Below the pieces are notes generated by a model, which searched no databases, was not told where the DNA came from, and was given only the letters and a program-made list of their open reading frames with translations. This document shows, one piece after another, positions 37,584 through 48,000 of a stretch of DNA of 64,000 bases (position 1 is its first letter; each line of letters starts with the position of its first letter). The stretch lies in NCBI GenBank assembly GCA_040954595.2, contig CM082579.2:13579834-13643833 (forward strand). The letters are read 5' to 3'. A program made the position numbers and the translations under genes. This DNA comes from Balanoglossus misakiensis (lineage: Eukaryota > Animalia > Hemichordata).

Positions 37584-38978
37584 TATAGCAGTATTAAGAC
37601 AATGTACTCTGACACCTTATCATGTGTTAAGGTAAATGATATGTATACAGACTGGTTTACTACAAACATTGGAGTAAGGCAGGGAGACAATTTGTCACCC
37701 TCTTTATTTTCATTTTTTATTAATGACTTAGCAGTTGAGCTTAAATCATTGAACAAAGGTATTTCTATTGATAACTGTAATATCTGTATATTGTTATATG
37801 CCGACGACATTGTCTTGATTTCGGATAATGAACTTGATATGCAAGCAATGCTTGACCATGTCGATGATTGGTGCTCCAAGTGGCGTCTTCTAGTTAATTG
37901 TAGTAAATCAAAAGTTGTCCATTTTAGGAAAGAAACCATGACAAAAAGTGCATTTGATTTTCATCTTGGTGTAAATTCTGTTGAATATGCTCAGAAGTAC
38001 AAATACCTTGGGATTGTATTAAGTGAATTTTTGGATTTTTCTGTTACTTCAGAAGCGTTGTCACAAGCTGCCAATAGAGCATTGGGTGCCTTGAATTCAA
38101 AAGTTAAAGTTTTGAAAAACTTTGGCTTTGAATCCTATACAAAACTATATAATGCATGTGTTACCCCTATACTAGATTACTGCTGTGCAATTTGGGGGTT
38201 CAGAAAACATGATAAATGTGATGTAGTCCAAAACCGTGCCTTAAGATTTTATTTGGGGGTTCATAGGTTTACTCCAACTCATGCAATTATAGGTGATACT
38301 GGTTGGTACTCTTGTAGAAATCGCAGACATATTAACATGATTCGTTATTGGAATAGGCTTCTGGCCATGGACGAACAAAGACTTACAAAAAGGGTCTTCT
38401 TGTGGGACTTTGCCTTAAATGATTACAATAATTGGTCAAATGAAATCTGTCAGATTTTTGATATTTTAAACGTAGATGTGGAAAACCTATTGTACATTAA
38501 TATTCCTATGGTTAAAAGAAAGTTCTTATCAATGCTCGAGTCCGATTGGCTTGAGAATGCTAGACAAAAAGCTAAGTTACATACTTATATTCTATTGAAA
38601 TCTACTTATAGTGCAGATAGTTATGTTACGTTGAATCTGTCCCGTCGACAACGTTCGTTGACAGCACAAATTCGTGCCGGTGTATTGCCTCTTCGGATTG
38701 AAACTGGAAGATTTCGTCACAAGAGTTTAGATAGAAGGCTTTGTGAATTTTGTCAGAGTAATTCTATTGAAAATGAGAGTCACTTTCTATTGCATTGTCC
38801 ATTTTATGATGATTTAAGGGTATCTTATATGAAATGTCTTACGGATGTACGAATTGGTGATATTCCAGACGTGGAAAAGCTGAAGTTATTATTTGAACAA
38901 ATTAACGTTAGAAATACAGCAAAATATATCGAAAAAGCATTTCTTCGAAGGAAAGAAAGACTGTATAGGCTCAATTAG
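37584..38978 (+). pseudogene. C-terminal RT and zinc finger of the RTEX-like LINE (frame open)
   Basis: Part of ORF 37440-38978; the first ~48 codons of that ORF are LTR sequence. Confidence 0.9.
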
Positions 38979-39168
38979 CATGCATGATTTGTACATTTGT
39001 CACTGTGTATTGTACACCCATCTTTTTCTATTTTTTGCTTGGATCTTTAAAGTGACATATAAGTCCATTGGGCTGGGAGGTTTTCCTATTCAGATTATTA
39101 TCTTCACTGTAAAGAATTTGTAATTGACCTCATGTCACTATAATAAACTATCTATCTATCTATCTAAT

Positions 39169-39237
39169 GCTACTGTCGCTCTTACCAGTACCCGAACAGC
39201 CTCAACGGGTACCAGCCAAGTGCAACCAGTCGATGCG
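39169..39237 (+). pseudogene. Exon 1 (3' part) of the spliced gene
   Basis: ATVALTSTRTASTGTSQVQPVDA followed by a phase-0 donor GTAAGT at 39238. Confidence 0.62.
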
Positions 39238-39384
39238 GTAAGTTTCACCTTGCAGATCGAATATTATTTGGTGCATGTTGCTGTGTTGTCTTTCCACAGC
39301 CAGCTTGTATTCTGATATTCTACGTTCAAGACCGAAGATATTATCGGGAACTGGGACTGGAGTCATTTCGAATGAGAATGTGAT

Positions 39385-39755
39385 GTATTTGGGTCTGACG
39401 AAAGAGAAGTGATTTTTGAGTCGTCCCCATGAAGAGTTATAAATATGGTTGTGGGTATGACGAATTGACAGTTGGTAATGCCGAAGAAACTGAGTATTGA
39501 GTCGTCCCCATGGAAAGTTTTGAAAAACGGTTTTGGGTTGACGAATTTACCGTTGTTAATGGAGAAGAAACTTGAGTCGTCCCCATGAAAAACCTGAGAC
39601 TGTAATGAATGGTAATGAAGGTGACAAGTCGTCCCCAAGTGTTTTTCTTTTCGTATTTGGGTTTGACGAGTCTGGAATCGGTGTACTCGTTACATAATGT
39701 GAAAAGGTAGCCGGATTGGTCATGGCAGGTTGTAACATTTGGGTTGACGAATTAT
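39385..39755. repeat. Alternating inverted motif array inside the predicted intron
   Basis: GGGT(n)TGACGAA near 39391, 39453, 39535, 39660 and 39741 alternates with GAGTCGTCCCCA near 39418, 39499, 39574 and 39627; ~80-bp period. Confidence 0.7.
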
Positions 39756-39911
39756 CGAGCGCTAGTTGGAATGAATATGACTGCTGCAGAGGAAAATATT
39801 GCAGGTTGACTGTGAATGGGTGTGGCCAGAAATAATTGTCATGTAAATTACACGCTAAACGTGCGGCATACCCCAGGTGCTAAGGTTTATGCTTTGATTG
39901 GTGCATTGCAG

Positions 39912-40442
39912 GGACCCGCACATACTCGAAGACCGGAGATGTCAAGTGGCCCTCGACTGGAATCCTACGACAGGTTCGAAAGATATCTGACAGAGTTGCG
40001 GTTGTATGCTGAACGGGGCGAAGCAGCTTTTAGTCCAGAAGAAGCTTTGGCTCGCCTGGAAATGCTCGTGGACATATCGATGGATATAGGACATAAGGAC
40101 TATCATAAATACGTAGCCATGTTACGGGCTCTGCGTAAAGAGAGGCAATCACCCGCTATGCCTCAGATGTTGCTTTCCCTACTTGGATCAGGTGCACATG
40201 CAGAGATCTTAGAGAAAATTGCAAAAGTGAAGAAAGCCGTTGGTAATACCCTTTCAAATGCTGGTCGCAGAGAGAATAGAGAAAGATCAAGTTTGCGATG
40301 TTGGAAGTGTAATAGAATTGGACATATAGCTAGGTTTTGTTATGGTAGACATGATAGGTATGATCGCTTAGATAGATTTGATAGATATGATGATGGGAGA
40401 AGGGAATCTTACCGTTCCCGTTCAGGTAGAGATACCAAATAG
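39912..40442 (+). CDS. Exon 2: helical domain, CCHC zinc knuckle and RD/RS-rich tail (gag/nucleocapsid-like)
   Basis: Acceptor ttgcag at 39906-39911 is phase 0 in ORF 39816-40442; CWKCNRIGHIARFC; tail RHDRYDRLDRFDRYDD...RSRS. Confidence 0.72.
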   Translation, partial: GPAHTRRPEMSSGPRLESYDRFERYLTELRLYAERGEAAFSPEEALARLEMLVDISMDIGHKDYHKYVAMLRALRKERQSPAMPQMLLSLLGSGAHAEILEKIAKVKKAVGNTLSNAGRRENRERSSLRCWKCNRIGHIARFCYGRHDRYDRLDRFDRYDDGRRESYRSRSGRDTK

Positions 40443-40751
40443 GTTATTGCTATTAGTACAGGTTTACGGTGATTTGCCTGCCTGATGTATGGCTACATAT
40501 GATATAAAGCGAACACCTTGGCTGGAATTCTATAGTGTCTATTGTATTGTAACACAGAATTGATAATGATGATTAATGCATCTTTAGAATGTATTTTAAA
40601 GTGTTTTAGTTGCTGCTCGGTATAGACAGCGCCCTCGTTGGTACCAGCCCTATTACTTACGTTTTTGTATTACTGCGCATGCGCAATTGATACGGCTGTA
40701 CTGCCGCGCTCATCAACGGACTCGTTACTTAGTCTTGCAAGAGACCAAAAT

Positions 40752-41816
40752 ATGTCGTATAATCTGCGCAAAAGAAGTGCAATAACCGAAAGTTCATGCA
40801 CAGGATGTGGTGTAGATCGTTGTGGATCGCCATCAGTATTCAGCAGTGACACCGACAGCAAACCAGTCGAACCTGAGTCGCCAGCTTCAGTGATCGACGG
40901 ATATCTATCTCCGGTAAGCCGCAATATGCCTGACGAGTGCCCGACCGACCTCAGTAAGTCACACGGAGCCAACCAACTCGAAAATAGGATCGATCGCCTA
41001 GAGCGGACCGTAGACAAACTAGCCGGACTTGTTGAACGCTCTCTTACCGTGACAGACAAGAAGAACGAGCTTCCCCGCCAAAACGCAGTTGGCTACAATC
41101 AAATAGAGCACCCCCACAGTTCTCAGCCCCCGGTACACGAACCAGCTGGAGTTGGTAACAAGGCATTCGATACTTTACACCAGAGGAAAACCCTTCACGA
41201 AGGAGTGCCACTGGCGACAAGAAATAAAGTTCTTGCTGGTGAGTACATTGATCTGAGCGAGTTACATCCATTGAACTTTGCTCATGTCTCAACACCGGAC
41301 AAAATAGAAGCTACTATCGATGGCAGCCAAGATGTCTTCAACCCTAAGCGGAAAAAAGTTCCTATATCAATCTTTGGCGCTTGCCTGAACGCCTTTGCTA
41401 TACTGGAAAGCATTCTACTCGAAAAGAAGCCAGCCACAGCAACATCACTTCTTGCATACCGCCAACTTATCCAGAACTGTGACAGCAAATTTACATGGCC
41501 AGTGGTGTATGCATATGATGTTAGATTTCGACACCAACTAAATGAAACCTGCTCCTTTGACTACCACGCCCTGAACCAGGACCTGTACATCACTACATTC
41601 ATGGACCCTGGTGCAGTAAAGACCACACGTAGGGAATGTTATCGCTGCAAAGCCACAGATCACTTAGCTAAGGAGTGTCCCTTTCGTGAGGAACTATCCA
41701 CACCGGCGGAGAACACAAAGAAGAAAACAAAAACGGATGAGGTTTGCTTGCTCTACCAAACAGGTGAATGTAGATTCGCAAAGTGTAAGCGCCAGCACAA
41801 GTGCAAACGATGTTGA
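40752..41816 (+). CDS. gag: Gag-like ORF of Ngaro #2 (CCHC + CCCH fingers)
   Basis: ATG immediately after A1; GEYIDLSEL, YDVRFR, CYRCKATDHLAKEC, CLLYQTGECRFAKCKRQHKC. Confidence 0.85.
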   Translation: MSYNLRKRSAITESSCTGCGVDRCGSPSVFSSDTDSKPVEPESPASVIDGYLSPVSRNMPDECPTDLSKSHGANQLENRIDRLERTVDKLAGLVERSLTVTDKKNELPRQNAVGYNQIEHPHSSQPPVHEPAGVGNKAFDTLHQRKTLHEGVPLATRNKVLAGEYIDLSELHPLNFAHVSTPDKIEATIDGSQDVFNPKRKKVPISIFGACLNAFAILESILLEKKPATATSLLAYRQLIQNCDSKFTWPVVYAYDVRFRHQLNETCSFDYHALNQDLYITTFMDPGAVKTTRRECYRCKATDHLAKECPFREELSTPAENTKKKTKTDEVCLLYQTGECRFAKCKRQHKCKRC

Positions 41817-43385
41817 GCAGACTCACCCCTCATCAACTGCAAAACTTGCATATCACTTCAACGCGGAAGTGTGGCAGCAAGTTCTCAATAAACAACCAGA
41901 TAAACAATATGCTGAAAACATCCTGACGTGGATTCAACACGGGGTGCCTATTGGTTTCAAGGGCCAAATGCTGCAAACCCCCCTGCTGTCAGCTAATTGG
42001 AAGAGCGCACTTGACGTTAAGGACAAAGTTACGCATAAACTTTTAGAGGAAGTCAAGAAAGGATACAAAGCAGGACCATTTATTACTCCACCATTCCAAT
42101 CATTTATTAGTTCACCACAAGGAGCGCGACCAAAGAAGAATACAAATAAATATCGGATAATTGATGACCTTTCCTGGCCTCCAGGGCACTCTGTGAACGA
42201 TCACATATCGAAGGACGAATATAGTTGTCAGTACATATCGATCGATGCGGCTATCGAGCACATAAAACGTTTAGGTAAGGGGTCCCTTATCGCAAAGGTT
42301 GACCTCGAAGATGCATTCTACCAAATACCTGTCACACCGGATGACTGGAATCTACTCGTCTGTTCCTGGGACCTTGAAATCGACGGCGAACTCCAAACAT
42401 GCTATTTCTATAGCAAAGTGTTGCCATTCGGTCTCAGGAGCAGCCCAGCGATTTTCAATGAGTTTGCTGACGGTCTTCAGTTTACCATGCAAGCTGCACA
42501 CAACATTGATCTAGTGGAACATTACCTTGATGATTACTTCACAGCTGGCCGCGCAGGCACAAATCAGTGCAGTAGAAACCTTCAGGGAATGTTACTCGCT
42601 TGCGATGAACTTGGGTTTCCTGTAAACCCTACAAAAGTCACCACCCCCTCCACAACCATGGAGTTTCTTGGCATAACACTATACACAATCCGCATGGAGG
42701 CACGAGTGTCTCAGGACTGCATTGATGACACTCTGACGGAACTTCTTGCCTGGATGACAATGAAACGGGCAACAAAGCGACAAATCTTGTCACTTATTGG
42801 TAAACTTACCTTCATCACCCGGGTATGTCGACCCGGTCGTACCTTTCTCAGACGACTAATAGACACTTCATCAGGACTGAAACGCCTACACTATAAAGTA
42901 AAACTGAACCGCAATTTCAAACTGGACCTTCAATGGTGGATTGACTACTTACCTACATGGAATGGTGTCAGTATGTTCTACGACAGTTACTGGACAAATA
43001 ATGTTGACCTACATCTTTACACTGATGCTTCAGACATTGGCTATGGTGGAGTGTTCGGTGTGCAAAAAATCCAAGGAAAGTTCGTCAATGAGATTCCTGC
43101 CTACACCCCTCAAATCTATTCTATTAACTGGAGGGAACTTTACGCTATCGAGCGTGCTGCAGACACGTGGGGAGCCCACTTCAAAGGACGAAAAATCCTT
43201 TTCCACTGTGATAATTCTTCTGTTGTTGCAATGATCCGCAGTGGTTCATCTCGCAGTGAAAAGTGTGCATCCCTTCTGCGAAAACTGTTTCCTCATTTGT
43301 GCCAGAGACAATTTCCTGATGAATGCTATACATATTGCAGGCAGCAAAAACACTATTGCTGATGCTCTATCTCGGTACAAGTAAC
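41686..43385 (+). pseudogene. pol: RT/RNase H of Ngaro #2 (frameshift near the C-terminus)
   Basis: RIIDDLSWP, KVDLEDAF, LPFGLRSSP, YLDDY, TDAS, INWREL, HCDN. Confidence 0.92.
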
Positions 43386-43419
43386 ACTGATTTGCTTCCT
43401 TCACAGGGAATGGTACTTC

Positions 43420-44390
43420 ACATGACCACTGGTGGCTACAAGCATGCAAACTCGTCGGCAGTGCTTATTCAGCCAACACAGATCGTACATATGGCTCAGG
43501 TAAAAAAACTTACCTTCAGTTTTGTGATACAGTAGATGCATTACCATTCCCAGCATCAGAGAATGTTCTACTTATGTTTATTGCATACCTTCAAGAGGAA
43601 AGGAAACTAAAGTACAGTTCCATTGTGACATACCTCTATTCAGTTCGGTCAATGGAAATCCAGGAAGGCTTACCTGATCCATTGCAGAACCGTCCACGCA
43701 TTAACCTTGCACTACGTTCAGTCAAAAGATCACAAGGACCAGAATCAACACAAAAACTGGCAATTACATTTGATTTACTGCAGAGGCTAGGGCCTCTATT
43801 TGACATTTCATGCACAAAAGACTTAGTAGTGTGGACTGCAATGACCACAGCTTTCTTTGGCGTTTTCAGGCCTGGCGAACTTGTAATTAAGGATTTACCA
43901 ATTATTCCAGCCACTGACTTAACTGTAAGTGACATTACTTTTTCTAAACTGTCAGGGGCTAATGTAATCGCAGTTGTTCACCTTAAAAAGTCTAAGTGTG
44001 ACCCATTTCGTAAAGGGGTCGATGTCATCATTGGCTGCTCACATAACGCCATTTGTGCGGTGGATTTATTGTCACGCTTACACTCACTGCGTATCCAAGC
44101 TGGGGCATCACCCAATGACCCTTTCTTTTTACTACCTGGTAATGTACCTCTTACTAGGCAGATCTTTATTAGACACCTCAAGCATTCAATTGGCCAGATA
44201 GGACTGGACCCTAATGCATACAGCGGTCATAGCTTTCGCAGTGGGGGTGCAACATCAGCAGCAGCAGCCGGTGTATCCGACTAGGAGATCAAAGTCATGG
44301 GCCGCTGGTCCAGCGACTGTTACAAGCGCTATATTCGCACTCCACGACAAGTGTTATCAACGTTTGCTGAACGTATGATCTTTACATGAT
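43420..44390 (+). pseudogene. Tyrosine recombinase of Ngaro #2 (stops and frameshifts)
   Basis: FFGVFRPGE, SKCDPF, HSFRSGGAT, stop at 44282, then IKVMGRWSSDCYKRYIR. Confidence 0.92.
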
Positions 44391-45933
44391 TGGTCTTAAT
44401 CACTCAGATTGACATGCCTGATTGAGTAATTGTTTGTAGCTTGTCCACAGTTCTTTTTTCACTGTTACTGTTATTATTATTGTTTATATTAGACGGCACA
44501 TACACATGCATGATGTTGGAGTTTGGGCAGCCTTGTACTCAAATGTACAATTTCTTCTTCTTCAGTTCATTAAAAATGGTTGCCCATTGCGCCCATTCAT
44601 CTAGTGTGTGTATGTGTGCTCATTTAATTAGAGGAATTGCACTAATGCATCTTTAGAATTTATTTTAAAGTGTTTTAGTTGCTGCTCGGTATAGACAGCG
44701 CCCTCGTTGGTACCAGCCCTACTCCTTACGTTTTTGTATTACTGCGCATGCGCAATTGATACGGCTGTACTGCCACGCTCATCAAAGGACTAGTTACTTA
44801 GTCTTGCAAGAGACCAAAATTTCATCACCCACCCTCCCACTGCCTTATTTAGGCATATATATTAACCAGTCATGTGTTTCTCTACTCTTCAATCACTTTG
44901 TGACCTTAGGGCAGCCTTGTACTCAAATGTACAATTTCTTCTTCTTCAGTTCATTAAAAATGGTTGCCCATTGCGCCCATTCATCTAGTGTGTGTATGTG
45001 TGCTCATTTAATGAGAGGAATTGCGCTAAAGGAAAATAAGAACGTAATGTAAAATGTTCTGTTGCTGTATGAATGGTTTGCACATGTGGGGAAATGGGGG
45101 CGTGCCTGGGGGAGGTGTACTGTAGTCTAATGACGGTCCCTTCTGTCTCAGCTAGGCGGGGGTTTCTAACCCTATGCCCGGCTCCCCCCCCCCCCCCCAA
45201 AAAAAAAAAAATGATTGTCGTTTTGATGTGCGATAGATATTGAATTGAGGGTTTTTTAACCTTTTCAACTCTGTGTGGTATTTGTGGATGTGCGTGATGA
45301 GTATTGGAGAGGGGTTTGTTTTTGGGGTACAGTCGAGAGACCAAGAGAGGAGGCAAGGGACCCTCGACCACTCCACAACTAAATCAAACTAAACAACACT
45401 ACGCAGTGTAGATGGGGAACTAGCTACACTAGGTAGTGATTGGTTTACTATATATGAATATGCATGAGGTCTGGTTTATAAGGTTCTACCCAGATGTAGT
45501 GCCCATGCCTTCTCACGGCGGAGCATGACAGACAGCAAACACCCACCCACCCTAAAATCGCCGACGCCTTAGGCAAGTGTTTATGTACAAGGCAGCAGTT
45601 TTAAGGATGACGAGCGAGGTACCACAAATGGCCATCGGTCACTCCTTAAGGTACAGCAAGGGACGCTCGACCACTCCACAACTAAATCAAACTAAAGAAC
45701 ACTACGCAGTGTAGATATGGAACTGTGTACTTTTAAGAATAGTCAATTAGCATCAATTTATTTGTGGTAGTAAAACATAATGGCTTGCAGCTCCCACAAC
45801 AAATACCATTACAAGTAAGATGATGCGCCAATGAACTGATTATTGATCCTCAGTTTCTGTGTGCCACCGATGATGTCACTATTAATTCTGTGCTAGTTTG
45901 CACTCAGACTTCTTTTTCAAGGCTGATATTTCA

Positions 45934-48000
45934 TTTTTAGGGGACCAAGCGCCCTCAGGCGCTTGGTCCCCTTCTGTTATTGCTGGAGTTTTTCTTCTTT
46001 CTTCTTGAGTCGTTTTTTTGCTCCCGTTTTGCTCAAAAATCCCTGGTTCTACGCCTATGAACCTTGGCATGGTGGTTGGGGCCCATGAGTACTAGTGCAC
46101 CTGCCCTTTGAATTTGTAATTAGTCACGTGACTTGGTGGCTACAATCGAGTGAAATTTTCAAATTAACCTAATTTGCACGTTAATGGGGGCATGTACATT
46201 CTTTTCGCGTTTTTCGTAGACCATGTGGCCAAAATCCCCTGTGCCAAATTTAAAGGTCCTAGGCCACGTCGATTTTGAGATGAAGATTTGTGTAATATTT
46301 TTCGCATTTTTTGGTGGGCTGAGAACAAACACTGGGGCATCGGACTTTGACTGTCATTACATAATGTTGTGGAGATCTCATTAGCAGGAGGGTTGCAGTA
46401 GTCCTTGGAAAATCGGCTGAAATACGTAAACAGACCAGTGATTATTTTCCACGGAATGAATTTTGGGACAACACATTATCGGAGTTCAGGCGATTTATTG
46501 AATTACGCTGAGTTTGTTAGCTGTAGCCGTTTAAATGTGTCTCTGTAGCCCCGGCTACACTGGTTAACATTCAATGTAATGCGGCAGCGGACTTTGACCC
46601 TCAGTCGCTAATGTTGTGGGCGGTTTCATTGGCATTTAGGTAGTCACATGTAGTTGATAGTAGTTCAGGAAATCGGCTGAAATACATCAGCAGACCAGTG
46701 ATTTTCTTGCACAAAGGGAGTATGATACCAGCAATAATCAGAGATCAGGCTTCGTTGCCGTTCAAATGTTCCTACTTCAGTCGTGACGTTGCAACTGAAC
46801 GTTCAGTATGGGGTTCGGCCCGCAGGTGGCCGTGGGGGTTATCAGGCCGCCCGTAATTGGACGCAGCTTCATGCAGCTCTATGGGACCAAAATAATACGC
46901 CCGATTCGGGGGTCACCTGTGACACCTGCGTAACTCTATTTTGTGCATGCGTAATTGTGGGGTCAATGAAAGGGATGCTAGCATGGTATTTGTTGCACAT
47001 GGATCAATATGAAGTCCGATTTTCCTGTCAAGTTGTGGGCGACCTTATGTGACATTTCACCTACTTGTGCTTAGTGAATAACAGCAGATGCATGCAGCTT
47101 TGGCGTGGTGGTGGGGGGGGGGGGTATACGGATGGGACCATAATGATATACCAAAGGCGGGGTCACCCGTTGCACCTGCAAAAGTCATTGATTTTGTACA
47201 TTTAATTGGACACTAACCAACAGGGCGATATGTGTGGTTTTTTGTTCCACAGGGACGAATGTAAGTGTCAGTTGGTTTTTGCCCAAATGTATAAGGTGAT
47301 TTGGATGACCTCTGTCGTACAGTGCCATATCTCAGCACGTTGTACATGTGCAGCTTTGGTATTTGGAGGGATGAAACTATCATGAAATGCCAAATACATG
47401 GGGATACCTGTGACACCTGCTTGATTCATATATTCCGTGCATACCTAATGGTAGGCAAAGTGAAAGGGCTGCAAATGTAGGATTTGTTGCACATGACATA
47501 AACAGGAATGAAAATTGTTTGTCAAATAATTGGTTGACCTCAGGTGTCCATTGACCTGCTTTCCATATGTTAGCATGCAAATCATATATAGCCAGGTGTT
47601 TGGAGGGGTAGGGTAGGACCTCTGCGTCATGAAATGCTAAATTCCTGGGGCCACCTGTAACTTACTTGCGTAACTCATTTTATGGTCATATCTAATTAGA
47701 CCAACCCAAAGGGCGAGGATTTTCCATTGTCTTGAATATGAACCAAATAAGAATCAAAATTTTTGGCCCAATTTTTGGGTACCCTCAGCTGACCTTTGAA
47801 GTACTTACAACGTAGAAGTTCACCTTTGGTTGTTGTTTTTGTACTTGTACGACGTGCATTTCAGGTGGTTGCCTACTTCCCCATATCTCAACATCGAGAG
47901 CAAATACAGCCTACGCATTTGAATGGTACAACCCTGAATGGAGTCTAATGGTTATTAACTCTATGCTTGGGCCCCTTCAATGTTGCTTGCAGCTTTAATT
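45934..48000. mobile_element. Non-autonomous Helentron/HINE-like element with internal tandem repeats
   Basis: Hairpin ggggaccaagcgcc-ctca-ggcgcttggtcccc after a T-run at 45934; inverted subterminal copy gcttgggcccct at 47965 followed by ttgcttgcagctttaatt; (ttc)n tract; ~240-bp degenerate repeats at 46330-47700. Confidence 0.68.

Larger units (their letters stand above)
27853..39165 (+). mobile_element. 5'-truncated RTEX-like LINE with (TATC)n tail, split by Gypsy #2
   Basis: 27853-28053 encodes EQNGFRSDRSCEDHIF...FIDLKKAFD...GKMY, continuing at 37584 with YSSIKTMY...GVRQGDNLSP...YADD...LRIETGRF...CEFC...HFLLHC. AATAAA followed by (TATC)4 at 39142-39165. Confidence 0.88.
40574..45029 (+). 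mobile_element. Ngaro-type YR retrotransposon #2
   Basis: A1 40574-40751 = A2 44643-44820; B1 44525-44645 = B2 44909-45029; TAA shared at the junction and both ends; gag, RT/RH and YR present. Confidence 0.94.
27577..45724 (+). mobile_element. Non-autonomous split-direct-repeat (PAT/Ngaro-like) element, ~2.4 kb net, host of three nested TEs
   Basis: A1 27577-27696 = A2 45418-45537; B1 45326-45421 ~ B2 45650-45724 (B2 lacks ~21 bp). AACT is shared at the B1/A2 junction and at both outer ends. CCCACCC tract after A2, as in both Ngaros. No RT or YR of its own. Confidence 0.8.

Noticed and set aside
39385-39755. CRISPR-like repeat/spacer pattern
   Set aside because: Repeats are short, degenerate and alternate in orientation; spacers resemble each other; eukaryotic context with no cas genes.
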